Below, in pieces: positions 11,501 through 26,500 of a stretch of DNA of 64,000 nt. Numbering within the stretch: position 1 is the stretch's first letter; every line of letters begins with the position of its first letter. Under the pieces are notes generated by a model. It was not told where the DNA came from and did no database searches. It saw only the letters and a program-made list of their open reading frames with translations. The stretch is from Camelus dromedarius (lineage: Eukaryota). A program made the translations under genes and the position numbers. The stretch lies in the NCBI RefSeq assembly GCF_036321535.1, contig NC_087437.1, positions 21,640,001-21,704,000 of the forward strand. The letters are read 5' to 3'.

Positions 11501-14500
11501 AAAATGTTGTTAATATTTTCAGAGGCTATGAATGCAAAGCCATGAATGAAAACAGCAAAGATAAATAAGAGGAAGAGAACAAAAGATATTTCTAAGATAG
11601 ATTTAGTCTCCAGTTGGATGTGCAAACTGAGGGAGAGGAAAAAGTTCAAGATGATGCTCAGATTACTGTTGTAGATGAGAGGGTGAGATAGGGTCCTATT
11701 TAGAAAAATAGGGAATATGGAGGAGACACAGGCATTGAATTTTCCAAGATGAATTGCATTCTCAGCATATTGAGTTTAAGGTATTACAATACATACAGAG
11801 ACTAGCACTAGCTCCGAAAATGACCAGATACCAACTAACGCAGGCTGAGATTCTACTTTCACCTCCCATCCAGGAAACGTGTCCTCCTCATAAGCTTTTC
11901 AAGTAGTTAAGAAATTTTAAAAGCCCCTTCTCATAACTGTAGCTTTAATCTGAGGATTGCTGAGGACTTTTGTTCCAAAGCTAAGCCCTTTCTGGCAGGC
12001 TAGATTAGAAGCAAATCTTGACAGTAACACTGGCAAGTCCACGCAAAACTAATTATCTGTCAAGAATGTGAGTAAGGATAGCATTATGTTCACTTAAATA
12101 GCTTTAATTGCCTACTACATGCACTCGTATAATATGTATAGAAGGTAAAAATTGGTCACTTGCCTCAAGAAAAAAAGGGAAGGCAGATGAAAACTGAAAG
12201 AACTGCACTTTCAGTCTTGAAATTGAAAAATATTTGGGAACTTCAGGATAGAAGGAAGTTTCTTCCCGATTATGGGAGATAAATGTTGAAGAAAGGCGAC
12301 AGGAAAAGAAGAGTCTGAATTTAGGTTAGGAATCATCTCTCAATCAGGCCTTTGTAGGAGGTACTTAATGCACAATGGAGTACAGATATGCTGACATTCC
12401 CTTGGCCATTACCTTGGACCACAGCCACTTTGCCCTTTCCACGTACAGCTCAGCGAGTCGTGACTCTCCAGCATTGAGGAGAGCATTGTAGGCTGTCTGG
12501 TGGTGACCAGCCTTTCTAGCGACTCTGGCACTCTGTAGCCAGCATTCTCCAACCATTTCATTGTAATCTGGTCTAAAGGAATGTGACAAAATGGGGGAAA
12601 GAGCATTTTAAAGTGTATTCAACAACTTAACAAAAATATCTCCTCCCAACATGAAACCTTCTCAATGTATCTTTTTAAAGGAATCAAAGAAGATTAATTT
12701 GTTAAAAAAAATAACTTTTTTTAAAATGGAGGTAATGGGGATTGAACCTAGGACTTTGTGCATGCTAAGCATGCACTCTACCACTGAGCTATATCCCTGC
12801 ACCTCAAAAAACTAATTTTACTTTTCTTACCGAGTTCTCCATTTTTATCAATTACAAGTCTATGAAGACCTTATTATTAGCTTATATCTGTACCTTCCTT
12901 AGATAGGTTCTTAACATTAAAAAATGACATACTGCATATAAAAGTAATTCTTAAGTTCTAGGTTCATTTCAACTATATAGTGTAGTCATGACAACTGACA
13001 ATAGAAAAATACAGATTCACAAAAAAAAAAAAAAGAAAAAAGAGGACACTAATGAACTCATCTACAAAACAGACTTGCAGACATAGTAAACAATTTTATG
13101 ATTACCAGGGGAAAGAAGGTGGGAAGGGATAAATTTGGGAGTTTGAGATTTGCAAAAGTTAGCCACTATACATAAAAAAAAAATTTCTTTGGTATAGCAC
13201 AGGGGACTATAGTCAATATCTTGTAATAATCTTTAATGATTCTTTAATGAAAAAGAATATGAAAACAAATATATGTATACATATGCATGACTGGGACATT
13301 ATGTTCTACACCAGAAGCTGACACATTGTAACTGACTATACTTCAAAGAAAAAAAAGAAAAATACAGATTCAGAGAGAAAATAAAGAAAAATAAATACTC
13401 TCAAATAATAAGCAAATATAATACTAAATTCACAATAACTGACGGGAAAAAAAAAGTGTAAAAAACCTTTTGTTGAGGCTTAATAAAGCTCTCCGGAGAG
13501 CCAGAATGGGCTCCTTTGCTCTGTAGGAATTCTGCGTCATTTCCAGTCGAGCTATCCAATTTAGAGAATCTTCTTGAGAATTATCACCTGCAGACTGGTG
13601 AAAAAGTGGTTTGATGCTATGCTCCAACTCACACAACATGTGCAATCTGAAGATAGATAAAGTCTATGTTAGTATGTTATCATATCCAACCATTTTAATC
13701 TCACATATAAAGCATGTACTTTAAATTAACCATGAAGGATCTGAAACGTGCAGTTTTCTTTGGAAGAACTTCAACCAATATATATTCTTGGTATATAAAC
13801 ACTAACATTTATATCTTTTCATACTGGGAATAAACACCAATTTATGTTGATTTAAATACTGAGTGTTTTGCTATGATCCCCAGATTCTCCTAATTAAATT
13901 GGAGAAAGGTATATAAAACTAAATTCAGAAAGCCAGACTTTATCACCTATATAAAGATAAAAGAAAATATGGATCCATAATAAATCAACATAAATATTTG
14001 CATATTTTGTTGGTACTATCATAAGAGGGCCTAGCATAGTAGATGACAGTAAAAAATCGTGAAATGAATGCAACTTTAACTAATTTTTCTTCCTAAGGCT
14101 GATGGAAACATGCATGATACACTCACACTAGGTTTTTCCCATGTATAATTGTCAGTATCTATGACTCAGTGTTCAAGCAGGCAGTTGAGTAGCTACAGAA
14201 CTGAATTAATCTCAGTGGTCCAATTTCTGGTTTCATTAAGCTGTTACCAAAGGGGCTGATACAAAATATAGTAAATTTTTCTAACTGAAAAAGAAAAAAA
14301 ATGCTTACTTTTCTTTTTAACTTACTATAGTTTAATTACAACATATGTTTTATTGTTTTCTTCAGGTAAATTAACAGACCTAAAATGTTTTCCATCATGT
14401 CCTTCCTTACCTCTAAAAGTTAATATTCCTTTGAGTAAAGTAACACCTACATTTGAGGGGCGAGTGGGAAAAGTCAGATGCACTTCTAAATGAGAAGTAA

Positions 14501-17500
14501 AGGGAATCAATAAGTTCTGAGCACCAATGTGCCAGGTAGAGTGGATGTCTAGATTATTTAGGTTATACAGGAAATAAACTATGACATTACAACAGGACAA
14601 ATATATTTTTGGTATTTTTTAGAAGTCTCATAATTGCCTTTCTAATTGAAAGGATGTATTGAGCATTTTAAAAAAACTACAGATAGGGTTATTATGTAAA
14701 AAAATGAAAGAGCCATTTTGTGTAGCTATCTGTGCATGACACCAAACATACTATCAGTTACTTAGTAAGCACAAAATTCCAAGCTTGTCAATCGACACAT
14801 ACAGAACAGGAATATAAAAATGGAAACCTCAAAATACCTCACAATATATTCATATCCTCGCTGGTAAGAGCCTCTTTCAAAGCTTGCAGCTGAAAGAGGT
14901 ACAATTTGTTCTGTTCTTACTAGTTTCAATGTGTCATAAAAAGTTGTCATATCTCTTTTTTTGGCTGATAATAATAGCTGTCCCAGTCTGACACTCCATG
15001 TCGTAGATTTCCCATCTGAAAAACAAATGAGAGTCAAGGAAAGTCATGATGGCTGGGTCCTGGAACAAGCTTCATATCATTTGGTAAAATGGTCAACAGA
15101 AATCCTGAACAGATGGTTTCATTCTACTTTGAACTCAACAAGGCAATCATAAAATAAGCCGAGAGATTAATTAGGAATGTTGCTTAGCTACTTAAGTCTG
15201 AATATTTATGGCTTACTAAAACTGCTTATATTTTAAGAAGTAATTTTACCTGCTGCCAAATAGTTTTCCACCAAATCCCACTGTGACAATTTCCAAGCTG
15301 CTTCTACTCTGTATGTGTTTAATTCATCTGTCCATTCAGACCTATTAAAAGAAACCCATTATCAATTAAATTTGTATTTGTTTAAATTTAAAGTAGCATT
15401 TAGAGATTTTTTTCATTGGTTTAAATACTCTATTTATTGTATTTATTTATTGTTCTATTAATTGTATTTGTATTGCAGTATATTTTGTACTTAGATAGAA
15501 ACTAATTATCTCTGTCCAGAACAACCCCCCAGATTTTAATCTTTCCAGTCCTCTAAAACATTTTTTCATAATTACTTCTGATAGAGCCATTATAAATGCC
15601 ATTTCTTAACAAATTATGCCATATTTTTAGAGCAGAACTAATGCCTGGATAATTACAAAGAGCAGCTGTAAGATTAGCCGCATGCTTAACGTGAACAAAG
15701 AGCAGGGAGGAAAAAGCCGAACTGAACATACATGCATTCAGAGGTAAGCAATTCTAATAACTTGAGATTTTGAATTAAATTTACAGAAACACAGAGCTGG
15801 TGAGGTGGAATGGGACACCGGGATACACAGGACACTCAGTAATAAGGGAATAAGAAAGTTACAAATGATGTGTCAATAACACAACAATGAATACAAAATT
15901 AGCTATCTAAAATACATAACTATTATTATATTATTCTTAAATTACTTTAAAACTTGGGTTTGTATTATTTTTTCTAAGTATTTTACTTATATGACACTAG
16001 GATGGCTAGTGATATTTTAGATCATGACTGTATAGAAGGAGCTAGACTTTCTCCATGTTGTTTCTTTATTAATCATTATCATTTGAATATCTGCTATATG
16101 TTAGACCCTGGGCTAGCATTTTCCATTTAATTATCTAATAATACCAAAAGGCACACATATCCCCATACTATAAATAAGGTATAACAGGCTCAGAGACGCT
16201 TGGATCAATGTCCTTAAAAGCCCTCCTTGTTCTTTCTGTAGTAAAAACACATAAAGAAAACATAACAAATGATTCAATTAATTATTATTTAAAAAAACTA
16301 AAATAGCAGCATAAATATTGAATATTCTCCAATTTCTAAATATGACTACCACCAAAAACAATTTAGAACAAAGCTTAAGGTAGTATAATATAAATAGAAT
16401 TTTCAAAAGTCCAACTTTGAAGAACTTTACAAGCTTATCACCAGATATTAAAAAATCAAAATTTTAGGATACCAATCTGAGTAGAATTAGCAAAATTCGC
16501 TCTCCAGAATGTCACACAGTAACGTCACAGCAAGCATTATACCAAGAAGTACCAAATGGCAATGAGGATCAGGCTGTGAAAACTTATCTCCACAGATGCA
16601 TCAAAAAGAATGATTGCGTAGGCCAAGTACAGTCAATAATTTTGGAAAAATATTTGTTAAATGCAAATATTCTCCCCAAGGAACGCATGTCCCCTCAATG
16701 ACCACTTGATTCAATATGATACAGCAGCCCTCACTGAATACTGACATTTGCCTTTTTACAACCCAAAGATCAGAAGGCTCTCTGTATCCCAGATCCAAAG
16801 AAAAGACAAGAGTCATCTAACTGTGCATCATAAGGAAACATCTTGGCTTGAAGCATAACAAACTTCCCCAAATTCCTGCAATCTCTTTATACATGAAGTC
16901 TCTCAACTAATCTGGATAAACATCTAAAATATATAACCAGTCTTCCCCTGCTTCTGTAAAGCATTTTCCATCATTTCATAAATTCCACTACTGGGAAACT
17001 CTAACAAAAACTGAGCTTCTCTGCTCTCTCTACTACTGTAGAACAGTGGTCCTTAATATCACAGTTTGGAATTTACAGAAACTGTACTTAGAAGAGCCGC
17101 TTTCAGAGTGATCTAACTAAAAACAGTGGCCAGTGCTCTTTGGTTAACTAAGATCCCATCCCTTTTGACCAGATCTCACTGCCTGAAAAGTCAGTAGGGG
17201 TCTGGTAAATATATTAAGGATAAAGCTTTCAGCCCTCAGAGGAAGGCAGCTTCAAGAGCAGAACCAACCCCCCTAGTTATTTTCCAAACTAAAAGAACTG
17301 TGTGGCCTTAATCTTTGCCACATATAAGTACTATCTTTCTTTCTTTCTTTCTTTCCTGGTATTATTTACATTGATATAAGAAACCCATTTTCTTTAGGAA
17401 AGGAAGGCTGTTTTCATTTTTCTAAGTCTTTAGGGGAAAATCAACCTATACAGCCTAGAGTGGTATTCTTTAATTCGATTACAAAGTTTCCTGTTTCCCA

Positions 17501-20500
17501 ACACAGAAAATAACTGGTACTAATAATACAGGCAGAGCTTTAGATACCCTTTGGAAGTGCTCTTATGAGCCTCACTAGTAGCAGGTGAGGTCTGGAAGGT
17601 TCCTGTCATAAAGCAAATTTAATTCAAGGATGACTCTTTGGACAGCAGATAAGCTGTTAAGTGCTAGACTGATCAATAAGAAAGTAGGAAAAATATTTTT
17701 TGGTGCTTATCTCCAATACCATTAAAACATAAAAAAGATTTCATTACTTTAGTAAACATTATTGCAATCCAATAAATTAATTTAAAATTTTCCATTCCAA
17801 AACAGTAACAAAAGAAAGCCATTCTTGAAAAAAAAAAATTACCTGTTAGCATGTACTCCATTCACCTGAGTGATTACAGTAGACAGCTGACCAAGACCTA
17901 ACATGGACTTCACTACGCCATGATAATGAATAATCTGGAAATTCAAAAGTATTTAAAATAGCACTTGTCACTTCAAATACATCTTAGGAACCAAAACTAG
18001 TTTACCTGATATTCATTAAAAAATATTATTTACCTTACTGAGCCTATCTTTCTTAGTTTAGCAACTGACTTGTTTGACATCAGTAGAGAGCCCTCTACCA
18101 ATGTCCTTAAACACGTCTAAATTTGTTTTAAATGCAGACAAACTAAAGAAAATCTCAGACTTAATTTATTATTTTTTTCCAGATTTGGTATAATTTTTGG
18201 TTCAGATCAAGTTTTAAAAAGTAACACGTACTCTTTAATATTTTGTTTAAAGATTATGTGTCACATTGTTTTTCACATAAAAATTAAAACTTATAGGTCA
18301 CAATATTATTAATATATACTTTGGGCTTTAGTAACTAAAAAGTTAAATAAGATTATGCAATATTCTTTAAAATTGTAAACAAGACTGTGAAAAATAAAGG
18401 CCCTATACCCTTAACTTCTGAGAAAACGAACACGTCAGTTATGACAAAAAAGCAACACCCCGAGATTAAAGAGAACTGAGGCCCAGATCATAAATCAGTG
18501 AGTCTAAACCCCTTTCCTGTTCTGATCTACCTGAGGTATACAACATGCCCCCATTAGTGATTGTACGTCAGTGACTCTAAGGGACCATTTCAGAGATTCC
18601 CAGATGCTGATGGGGGTATGTGTAATCTGAAAAAGTTTCTTAGGCTATAAGGAATCACTATTATCATACAAGCCTTAATAGCAAACAAAAATTACATCAA
18701 TTTTAGAGTAACTGAACATACAGCTTAATATAAATACACTCCACAATAAATCTTATTCATGTGGGGGATCTCTAAGGTCACAGAAATTTGGTATTGGAAG
18801 GGATCTGTGAGATCATCTAGCATGTCTCTAATTTCATCAGTCAGGAAACTCGAGCTCAGATGCTTAAATATTTACCAGACACACTGACACTGGTGGAGAC
18901 AGTATTGAAATTAAAATTTCCAGAGTTCCTAGTTGAGAGTTCTTTTTATTATGTTGCCTTTCATTTATTTTCTTACCTGGTCTGGTTCTAACTGAATAGC
19001 CCTGTCATAGCAAGCAGTGGCATCCCTCAGTAAGCCGATGCTTTCATGTTCAAGGATCTGTTCTTTTAGAGATGGTTCTGCCTTTCGAATTGCGCTTACT
19101 CCAGCCACTCCATCTGGTTCATGCATAGCAGCATACAATTTCTTTGTTCAATCATTAACAAACAATCAAATGAGGAAAAAAACACAACTGGAAATAAAAC
19201 TATAAAACCACCAGAAAAGAACATACAAGAATTTTTTAGCAAAGTAACAATAAGTATTTGTTTCAAGGCAGACTGACAGTAAAATTGCAAGCTTTATTTC
19301 CAAGCATTCTATCCCACTTAAATACAAATCTACGCTAGTAACACTTGTTGATAAGGAGAACTGTAAAGAACCTCAAGGTCCTGAACTCTTAAAAATCCAA
19401 TCCATGATAAATTCTGTTGAGTATAGTTAATAAGCATTTCATTGCATTTTAAAACTTAAATTTTAAACAAGCATTTTAATATATTGGTATTGAGATGCCT
19501 TCCAGAAACCCAAGACATTAAATCTGGGTTCAAAGGAGATATTCAGGCTGAAGATAAAAATTTGGGAGAAATTAGCACAAAAATGGCAGGGGAAAGGAGG
19601 AAATGATTTAGGAAATAAATAGGAGAGAGAAGAAGAGGGCTGGGGAAGGAGACTAGAGGGCTTCTATATTTACAGACAAGGAATAACTAGCAAATGAAAC
19701 AGAGGAGGAATTAGAGCAGTTTGAAGAAACCTGGAGGATGTGGTAGCCCTGAGTTTGTGGAAGAAAAGCAAATGTCAGCAAAAAGAGGAGTGGTCAAATG
19801 ATGCCATGAGGTTAAGAAAATGAGGACTGGGAAACATTTACTGGATTTGGTAACATGGGGGCCACTGATTTTCATAGCAAGAGTAGAGTCAGTGGAATGG
19901 AAAAAGAACTCTTGTTGAAATGGGCAAAGAGTGAATAGGAAGTAAAGAAGGAATATGGAGAAGACAGGCAATTCTTTTAAAACTGGCTGTGGAGGGAACC
20001 AGAGAGATGGAAAGCATCTGAAAAAGAATGTAAGACCAAGGAAATCATAAAAAATTAAGAGAGGAAATACCAGAGCACATCTATGTACTCTCTGTACTCT
20101 GGCTGAGAAAGAGAAATTAATGATACTGGAGAAAGCAGGCAGGAATATTTGAAGGAGTGAAATTCTTGAAATCAAGAACAGAAGTAGGGGGAGGGTATAG
20201 CTCAGTAGCAGGGCACATTTAGCACGCATGAGGTCCTGGGTTCAATCCTCAATGCCTCCATTAAAAAAAAAAAAAAGAACAAAAGTAGAAGGACTGAATT
20301 TTGACAGGAAAGGGTCCTTCCTTAGAAGCAATGGAAGTTAAGATATCGAATATGGTGCAGGGGTCAATGTATTTTCAGATTTGGTAGACATTTGGCTTCA
20401 ATTTTCCTGATGAACAACGAAGCAAGATCATCAGTTGAGAGTAAGTGAGGTGGAAGCAGAGAAATAAAGAGAAAGTCTAAGAAACAGTCATCTTTAAGAG

Positions 20501-23500
20501 TGGGAAAGTAGGATTAGCAGAGAAACACAGAAGGACTGAAGGCAGTGTTAGTGATGTTTGAGATTATGAACTTAAAGGAAAACCAGTTAAAAATCCACTG
20601 TGTGATTTTTCTCCAGAAATGTTCAGTAGTTTACTGGGAAGGCACATGGGTGAGTTTTACCAGGGTTGGAGTCTTACAAAGTGAGTACAACACAGAGGGA
20701 GAAAGACAAGAGTTGAATATCCTTGTGAAGGAATGATTTTAACAGTAAACAAGAGGCTCAAAGCTGGACAAGAAGGAAAACAAAGACAGGAAAGGGCTAA
20801 TCACTCAAAGACTACAAGCTACTCATTTTCCCATTCTCTCACCATACTCTCGCTTTTTCACCTGAAAAGAAGCCCACCAATCTTGACTTCTAATTTAATC
20901 TGCTGTATTAGCCCCACCTGCCCTTACTTTCTTTTCCTCCCTACATAGCCATAGTTATTATCACCTAAACCATTATTTCACCAGCAGTCATGGCTGATTT
21001 CTGCTGTAACAGCCCCCTATCCCGCACCCCCAAACTCAGGCCCGCATTTCTCATGTGAATAGTAATGGCTTGTTTGCCTTGATTCATAGCCCTTTCATAC
21101 TCTTCCTGCACTACTGCAATAGGCATTAAGCTGAAATAACACTCTGACCATAGCACTTCCCTGGTTCAAATCCTCTAACAATCTTGGGCAATTTAAAAGG
21201 CCCTCTTATGATTATCTCTCCTCTGCCCAAATCTCTGTCTTTTCTCTGTCATTCCAAAACTGACATTTTAGCATACACCACACTCCTTCCCAACTCCACA
21301 GAGACGCTTCAACTTGGAAATTCTTGCCTCCTTTTATTTATCTATCATTCATATTTTAAGACTCAGCCTACACATCATTTCCAAGAAGCCCTTACTGACC
21401 CCTTGCTCACCCACTTCCATCTCTCATCCCACCCCACACAGAAGCTGAGAGAAGTGTCCTTCCACAGGGCTTATCACTGTACTTACTGAACTGATGTTTC
21501 TCTCTCCCCACTAATTTGTAATGTTTTAAAGTGCTTACAAATACCTAGTGCCTAGCACAGCATCTATAACACTCAATAAAATGAACAACATAAACATAAA
21601 AGACAAGCAATATTAAATATCGTTATTAGGTTTAATTAATGTCAAACCTGTAAAAATCCAAGATGCTCTTGAATATTTTGCTTCTTTTCTGTAATAAATG
21701 ATTCAAAGTGCATTACAGCTCGAGTGTATGCTTTGGAGCGAAAGGAAGCTACTGCCAGAGTATTCTGAGGTATTAGGTCTAGAAAACGAGTTACACTCTG
21801 ATAGTCTTCATAATCCACAGTAGATACTAGATTATAAAAAGATAATTGAGTGATTAAAGACTTATAAGATGAAAATTTTTAAGTATCCATTTAAATTTTT
21901 ATTTATTTATTTAAAATTTAGTTCACTAAATAAATTAATCTAAATGTATTAGGGTATCATATTTAGGATGTAACTATCAAGAAGATGATTGCTCAGAGGA
22001 TTCTTGCTCCAACAGCACCATTATTACTTACCTTACCTTGAACAGTCATTTAACTTATTTGAGCTTTTTATTCCTCATTTATAAAAGGGAAGTATTAGTA
22101 TCTGTCTTGCCCTCCTTACAATGTTTTTGTGAGGATTAAATGTAAATTTATATTAAATGTTGAGAAGATATAAAGATGATATAAAAGATACAAAGATGAG
22201 GTATTTATTATTGATAACTATAAAAACACTGATAAAGTATAGCTATTAGTAGAAAAAAGCAGAATTATGGAAATAGCCTTTTAAATTTTAAAGCTTAGAA
22301 TTTTTTGTTAACATTCTTATTTTTCTCCTGTATTACCATATGTAACATATTAACCATTACAATGGAAATAGAAAGTAAAATTGCTTTTCAAGGAAAATCA
22401 CGAATACTTTAAAATGGTAATTTTTGAAAGAGTCTAAGAATAGACATAAATGGGAAAATTCTGCACAGCCCAATTTAAGAATTCTTACTTAAAACTTAGA
22501 AATTTTAATAATGATGCATAACAGCATGTAGAAAACAGGAAACAATAAATTTCATAATCAAGATAGTAAATTTAAAAGAAATTGTATTTAAAATAAGTTT
22601 CTTACTTCCTTCAAAATTTGTATATCATTTCAAATTATGAGAAATGTTAAAGATATTGTACTTAGATCATTACAAATGTTATTCTTAAAAGCTAGAATTT
22701 TCATTACCATGTTAGTAAGAAATGGTAATAACAGAATTTGTGTTTGGTTTTTTGGTACCATTTTTATATGCAGAAACAAAACCAAACATTTAATTGCTGA
22801 ATTGATGTAAAGTATATTAATAGTTATATTCCAGAGAAAAATACTCTCCTAAGCAGATAATTATTCACAAGTCAAAAAAAATCTTATAAAAATAACAAAC
22901 CATTATGCTTAACAATAAGAATGTAATGTCTTCCACTGATACAGAAACAAGAGGAAAGCTCACAAACTGAGAACTTAGTGTAAGTGAAGGCCTCTTTAAA
23001 GATCTTAGTTTTTTCAATTAGCCTCGAAAGCCTTGGAGGAAAATCATGCGATGTCCATTAAAATGGCCGAGGTACACAGAAGCAGAAGGATCATATACTT
23101 TACTAACTTGCTGAAAGAATGAAAAACATAAAAGTTCAAAGACATTAAGAGTATCCATTATTGTCTGATGAATATAATTCTTCTCACCAAATGCTCATAT
23201 TATAGGGGCAAGTGTCATTTTAAACTCTAATGAGATTCTTCTTTTAATCATCTTAGTGGGCGTTGTAATATCACAGGGAAAAAATAGCAGTAGGTATAGC
23301 AGGGTGTACTGTAGTAACATACATTAAGCATATTTGGAGAAACTGCTGGATACCAAACACTACCAGAGACAGGGGGAAGAAAGAATAAAAAGAATGAAAT
23401 GAATAAAAAATGGAAAAAAATCGGCCATGAAATGAATGAAATTAAAATCTCTTCTGAAATTTAAAACTTAAATGTGAAAAAGACTGCAAAGAGTATTTCA

Positions 23501-26500
23501 TAAGTGAAATAGAATAAAGAGCACTTCACACACACACACACACACACATATGTATACATGTAAATGCACGTATGTTACACACACAGTACACTGAGGGGAC
23601 ATTAAAAAACGGTTAACAGTGAGGGGTTAGTTACTAACAATATTAACATGGCATTCATTTCACATTCTACAGTTTATATGTTCATCATCCCATTTATTCC
23701 TCAATCTTCTAAGAGAGACAATAGTAGCACTATTCTATGCAAAGAAAAATTAGGTATGTGTTTTTCAAAGAGAGATTTTCTAACTATAAATTCACTGCTT
23801 TTTCTCAGTGAAAAGGCATCTTAAGAAAAAAAAAGTGCAAGAAAATATAGGTCATTTAAAAGCTAATGCTTAAATTACAGAATTGATACAAAAAGGAGCT
23901 AATTGGTTAATAATTAAGAGAAGGAAATAAACAGAAGTTATGACTTACCCACTGAGTCTACCTTATTTCTGTTTGATTTGTTTTGTGGAAATTTTTCAGC
24001 ATTCAGTGCCTGAAATTTGTGCCTTGCCCACTGTGTGAGATGGTCAAGCATAGAGAACACAGTCTGTGTACTGAGTTGACACAGATCAGAGGCACTGTCC
24101 TGAGTACCTATGGTATGCTGATCATCATGCTTTAGAACTGCCATAATTTCTGCATAAACCTAAGAAGAACCATTTTGTGGTTAATAATATGTCTATGTAA
24201 TATCATTTTACTATTATCTGACATATAAGACTAATCTCTCTAAGGCAACAATTTCAAAAGGGAAAAAACCCACTGTGGATTAATAATAAATTATCTTTCT
24301 ATTCTATAATTAAGCCAATAAAATGTCTCTCTGAAAAGAAAATCTACTGTAAGTCACAAAAATAAATACAAAAATAAATTTTAAAAAATTCTTCCAGATT
24401 ATTCAATAAATGATAATGAAACTATTTGTTAACTAGTAGAAATCAAAACTTAAAACAATATCTCAGAGTATCTGCAAAAATTATTTTCCAAGTAATTGAA
24501 AGGTTAAATGTAAAAACAAAAGAATCAAAAATGTAGGAACACATGTTCACTAATATTGAATAAGTGAAGACTTCATATAAAAGGCTTAAAATTCAAATGT
24601 TATAAAAGATATAAAATTTGGCATTTATATTTAACATTTCTGCATGGCAAAAGGCATAAACAAAGGTTAAAAAGAAAACCACTAACTAGAAAAACTTTTC
24701 TTTTCTAAGATATGATTAGTAGAAACTGGGATCCAGAATGCATACAGAATTCTTACCAATTATTTAAAAAGGATACATATACATACACAACTCCAAATAG
24801 GTAAAAGATATGAACTAAGCATTATATAATTCTTTGATAAAAGTTTTTAAAATGATTTATAAGCATTTAGATATGAACATACATGGTATACATTGACCTA
24901 CATTCCCTAATATGTAATTACATGGACAAATGTTTGCACAAACAGAAACCAAATAAAATGGTATTTCTCACCTCCTGTTGATCTTCTTGATTACAACCCA
25001 ACAAGACATACACTAGAATATGTGGAAGAAGATAGATGGTCACCTTGAAATCATGCTTCATCATAATGCTACAGCAGGTGAAGATTTTACTGGCAAGATC
25101 ATGTCGAACCTGTAATGATTTAGAAAGAGCCAGCAGTTATATATATTGTATTCTTTTGATTAATGCTAGAAAAAAACACATGCGAGCTAATTTATCCCTG
25201 CAGAGTGAGTATTCTCTCACGGAGAGAAGCACTCAGCAGGGAGGATTCCAGATCACCACCTCTGGTCAAGAGCCTGAGACCACTACAGGCAATGTAGCTA
25301 CCTAGGCTGCCAACTGCCTCAGCAAAAACGGTCTTTTCCCCTTTACAGTTCATTTAAAAATGCATCACGTTTTGTTACAGATTAACTTCCCTAATTACAC
25401 TATATTTTACTTAGCTAACATTAAATTTATTATATTTATTCCCTAAGCACACAGATGAGAAAAGTAACCAAAAAGTAAGCTCTAGGTCAGCACATTAAGT
25501 ACATGATACATGATTTTAATAAGTAATAAACAGTGATTAACTAGGAGGAAAAAAACTTAAAGAAATAAAAAATTAAATTATTTGGGTTTAGAGTCAGATT
25601 TTACTGGTATGATCTAACCTTCAATTTACCAACATTACTGTTCTTATAAAATTTTAAAGGTTTTTCCGTCTTCAAATATAAACCCTTCACTAAACAAAAA
25701 AAAAAAAAAAAAAGAAAATTAAACTAGAACTAAATAAAATATTCCGCAGCTGAAAGTATTAACAGTATTCTACATTTCACATATTATGTTTTCAGTATGT
25801 TCATTATGAAATGAGAGAAACTTTTTTGAAATGATTAGGTACTAATTATTAAATAATATTTTAATTAACACATGTGAATTAAAAACAAAAATTGTAAATT
25901 TTAAATGTGTCTTAAACATGTTTTGGGAACACAAGAGTAGCTTTCTGTCTGTCAGGTATGTAAAAATTTCCTATTAGGAACACATCAGATACCTCTAGTT
26001 TTCCATGAAACATCATTTAAAAAAACCTTTATTCTTATTTTGGAGGAAGCTCACATAATGCATCTTCTTTTAGAGGTAGCCACTAAAGGATAATGTATTT
26101 TTTTATTACATAAGAAATCTTTTTATTATGCAAAAATGTTTGATAAAGCATTTACATCCTTTAAACAGTACTATTTTACAATGTAAAATAAACAGACATA
26201 ATGTAAGAAATATTCTATAAACACATTAAGACCAGCGATTTGCTTGATAAAACAATTACCGTCCTTACTCAGAAACTTACTAACAACAGAGAGATTGAGA
26301 GTAGTAAATATTTTCTGTAAAAATTTCTAAAACTATCAGCACAAATGATTCAATGTTCACTGTGTGTGCTATGCATTCAGAGAGATGCTCTCATTTCCTT
26401 TACAATTTCTGTTCAGTTAAAATCTGAACAGAGTTCTCTTACCTTTGTTATAAGATAACCTGCCCAAGATGCTGACCATTCTGCAAAGTTATTACCTAAT

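Noticed and set aside
19711..20229. 172-aa minus-strand ORF
   Set aside because: Low-complexity F/L/S-rich translation of the pyrimidine-rich strand of an L2 relic, starting inside a SINE.
20188..20262. tRNA gene
   Set aside because: Has A/B boxes but no complete cloverleaf; poly(A) tail, TSD and diverged copies indicate a SINE.
25250..25270. CTCF-like motif (also near 28481)
   Set aside because: Only partial consensus matches; cannot be supported without a PWM scan or ChIP data.
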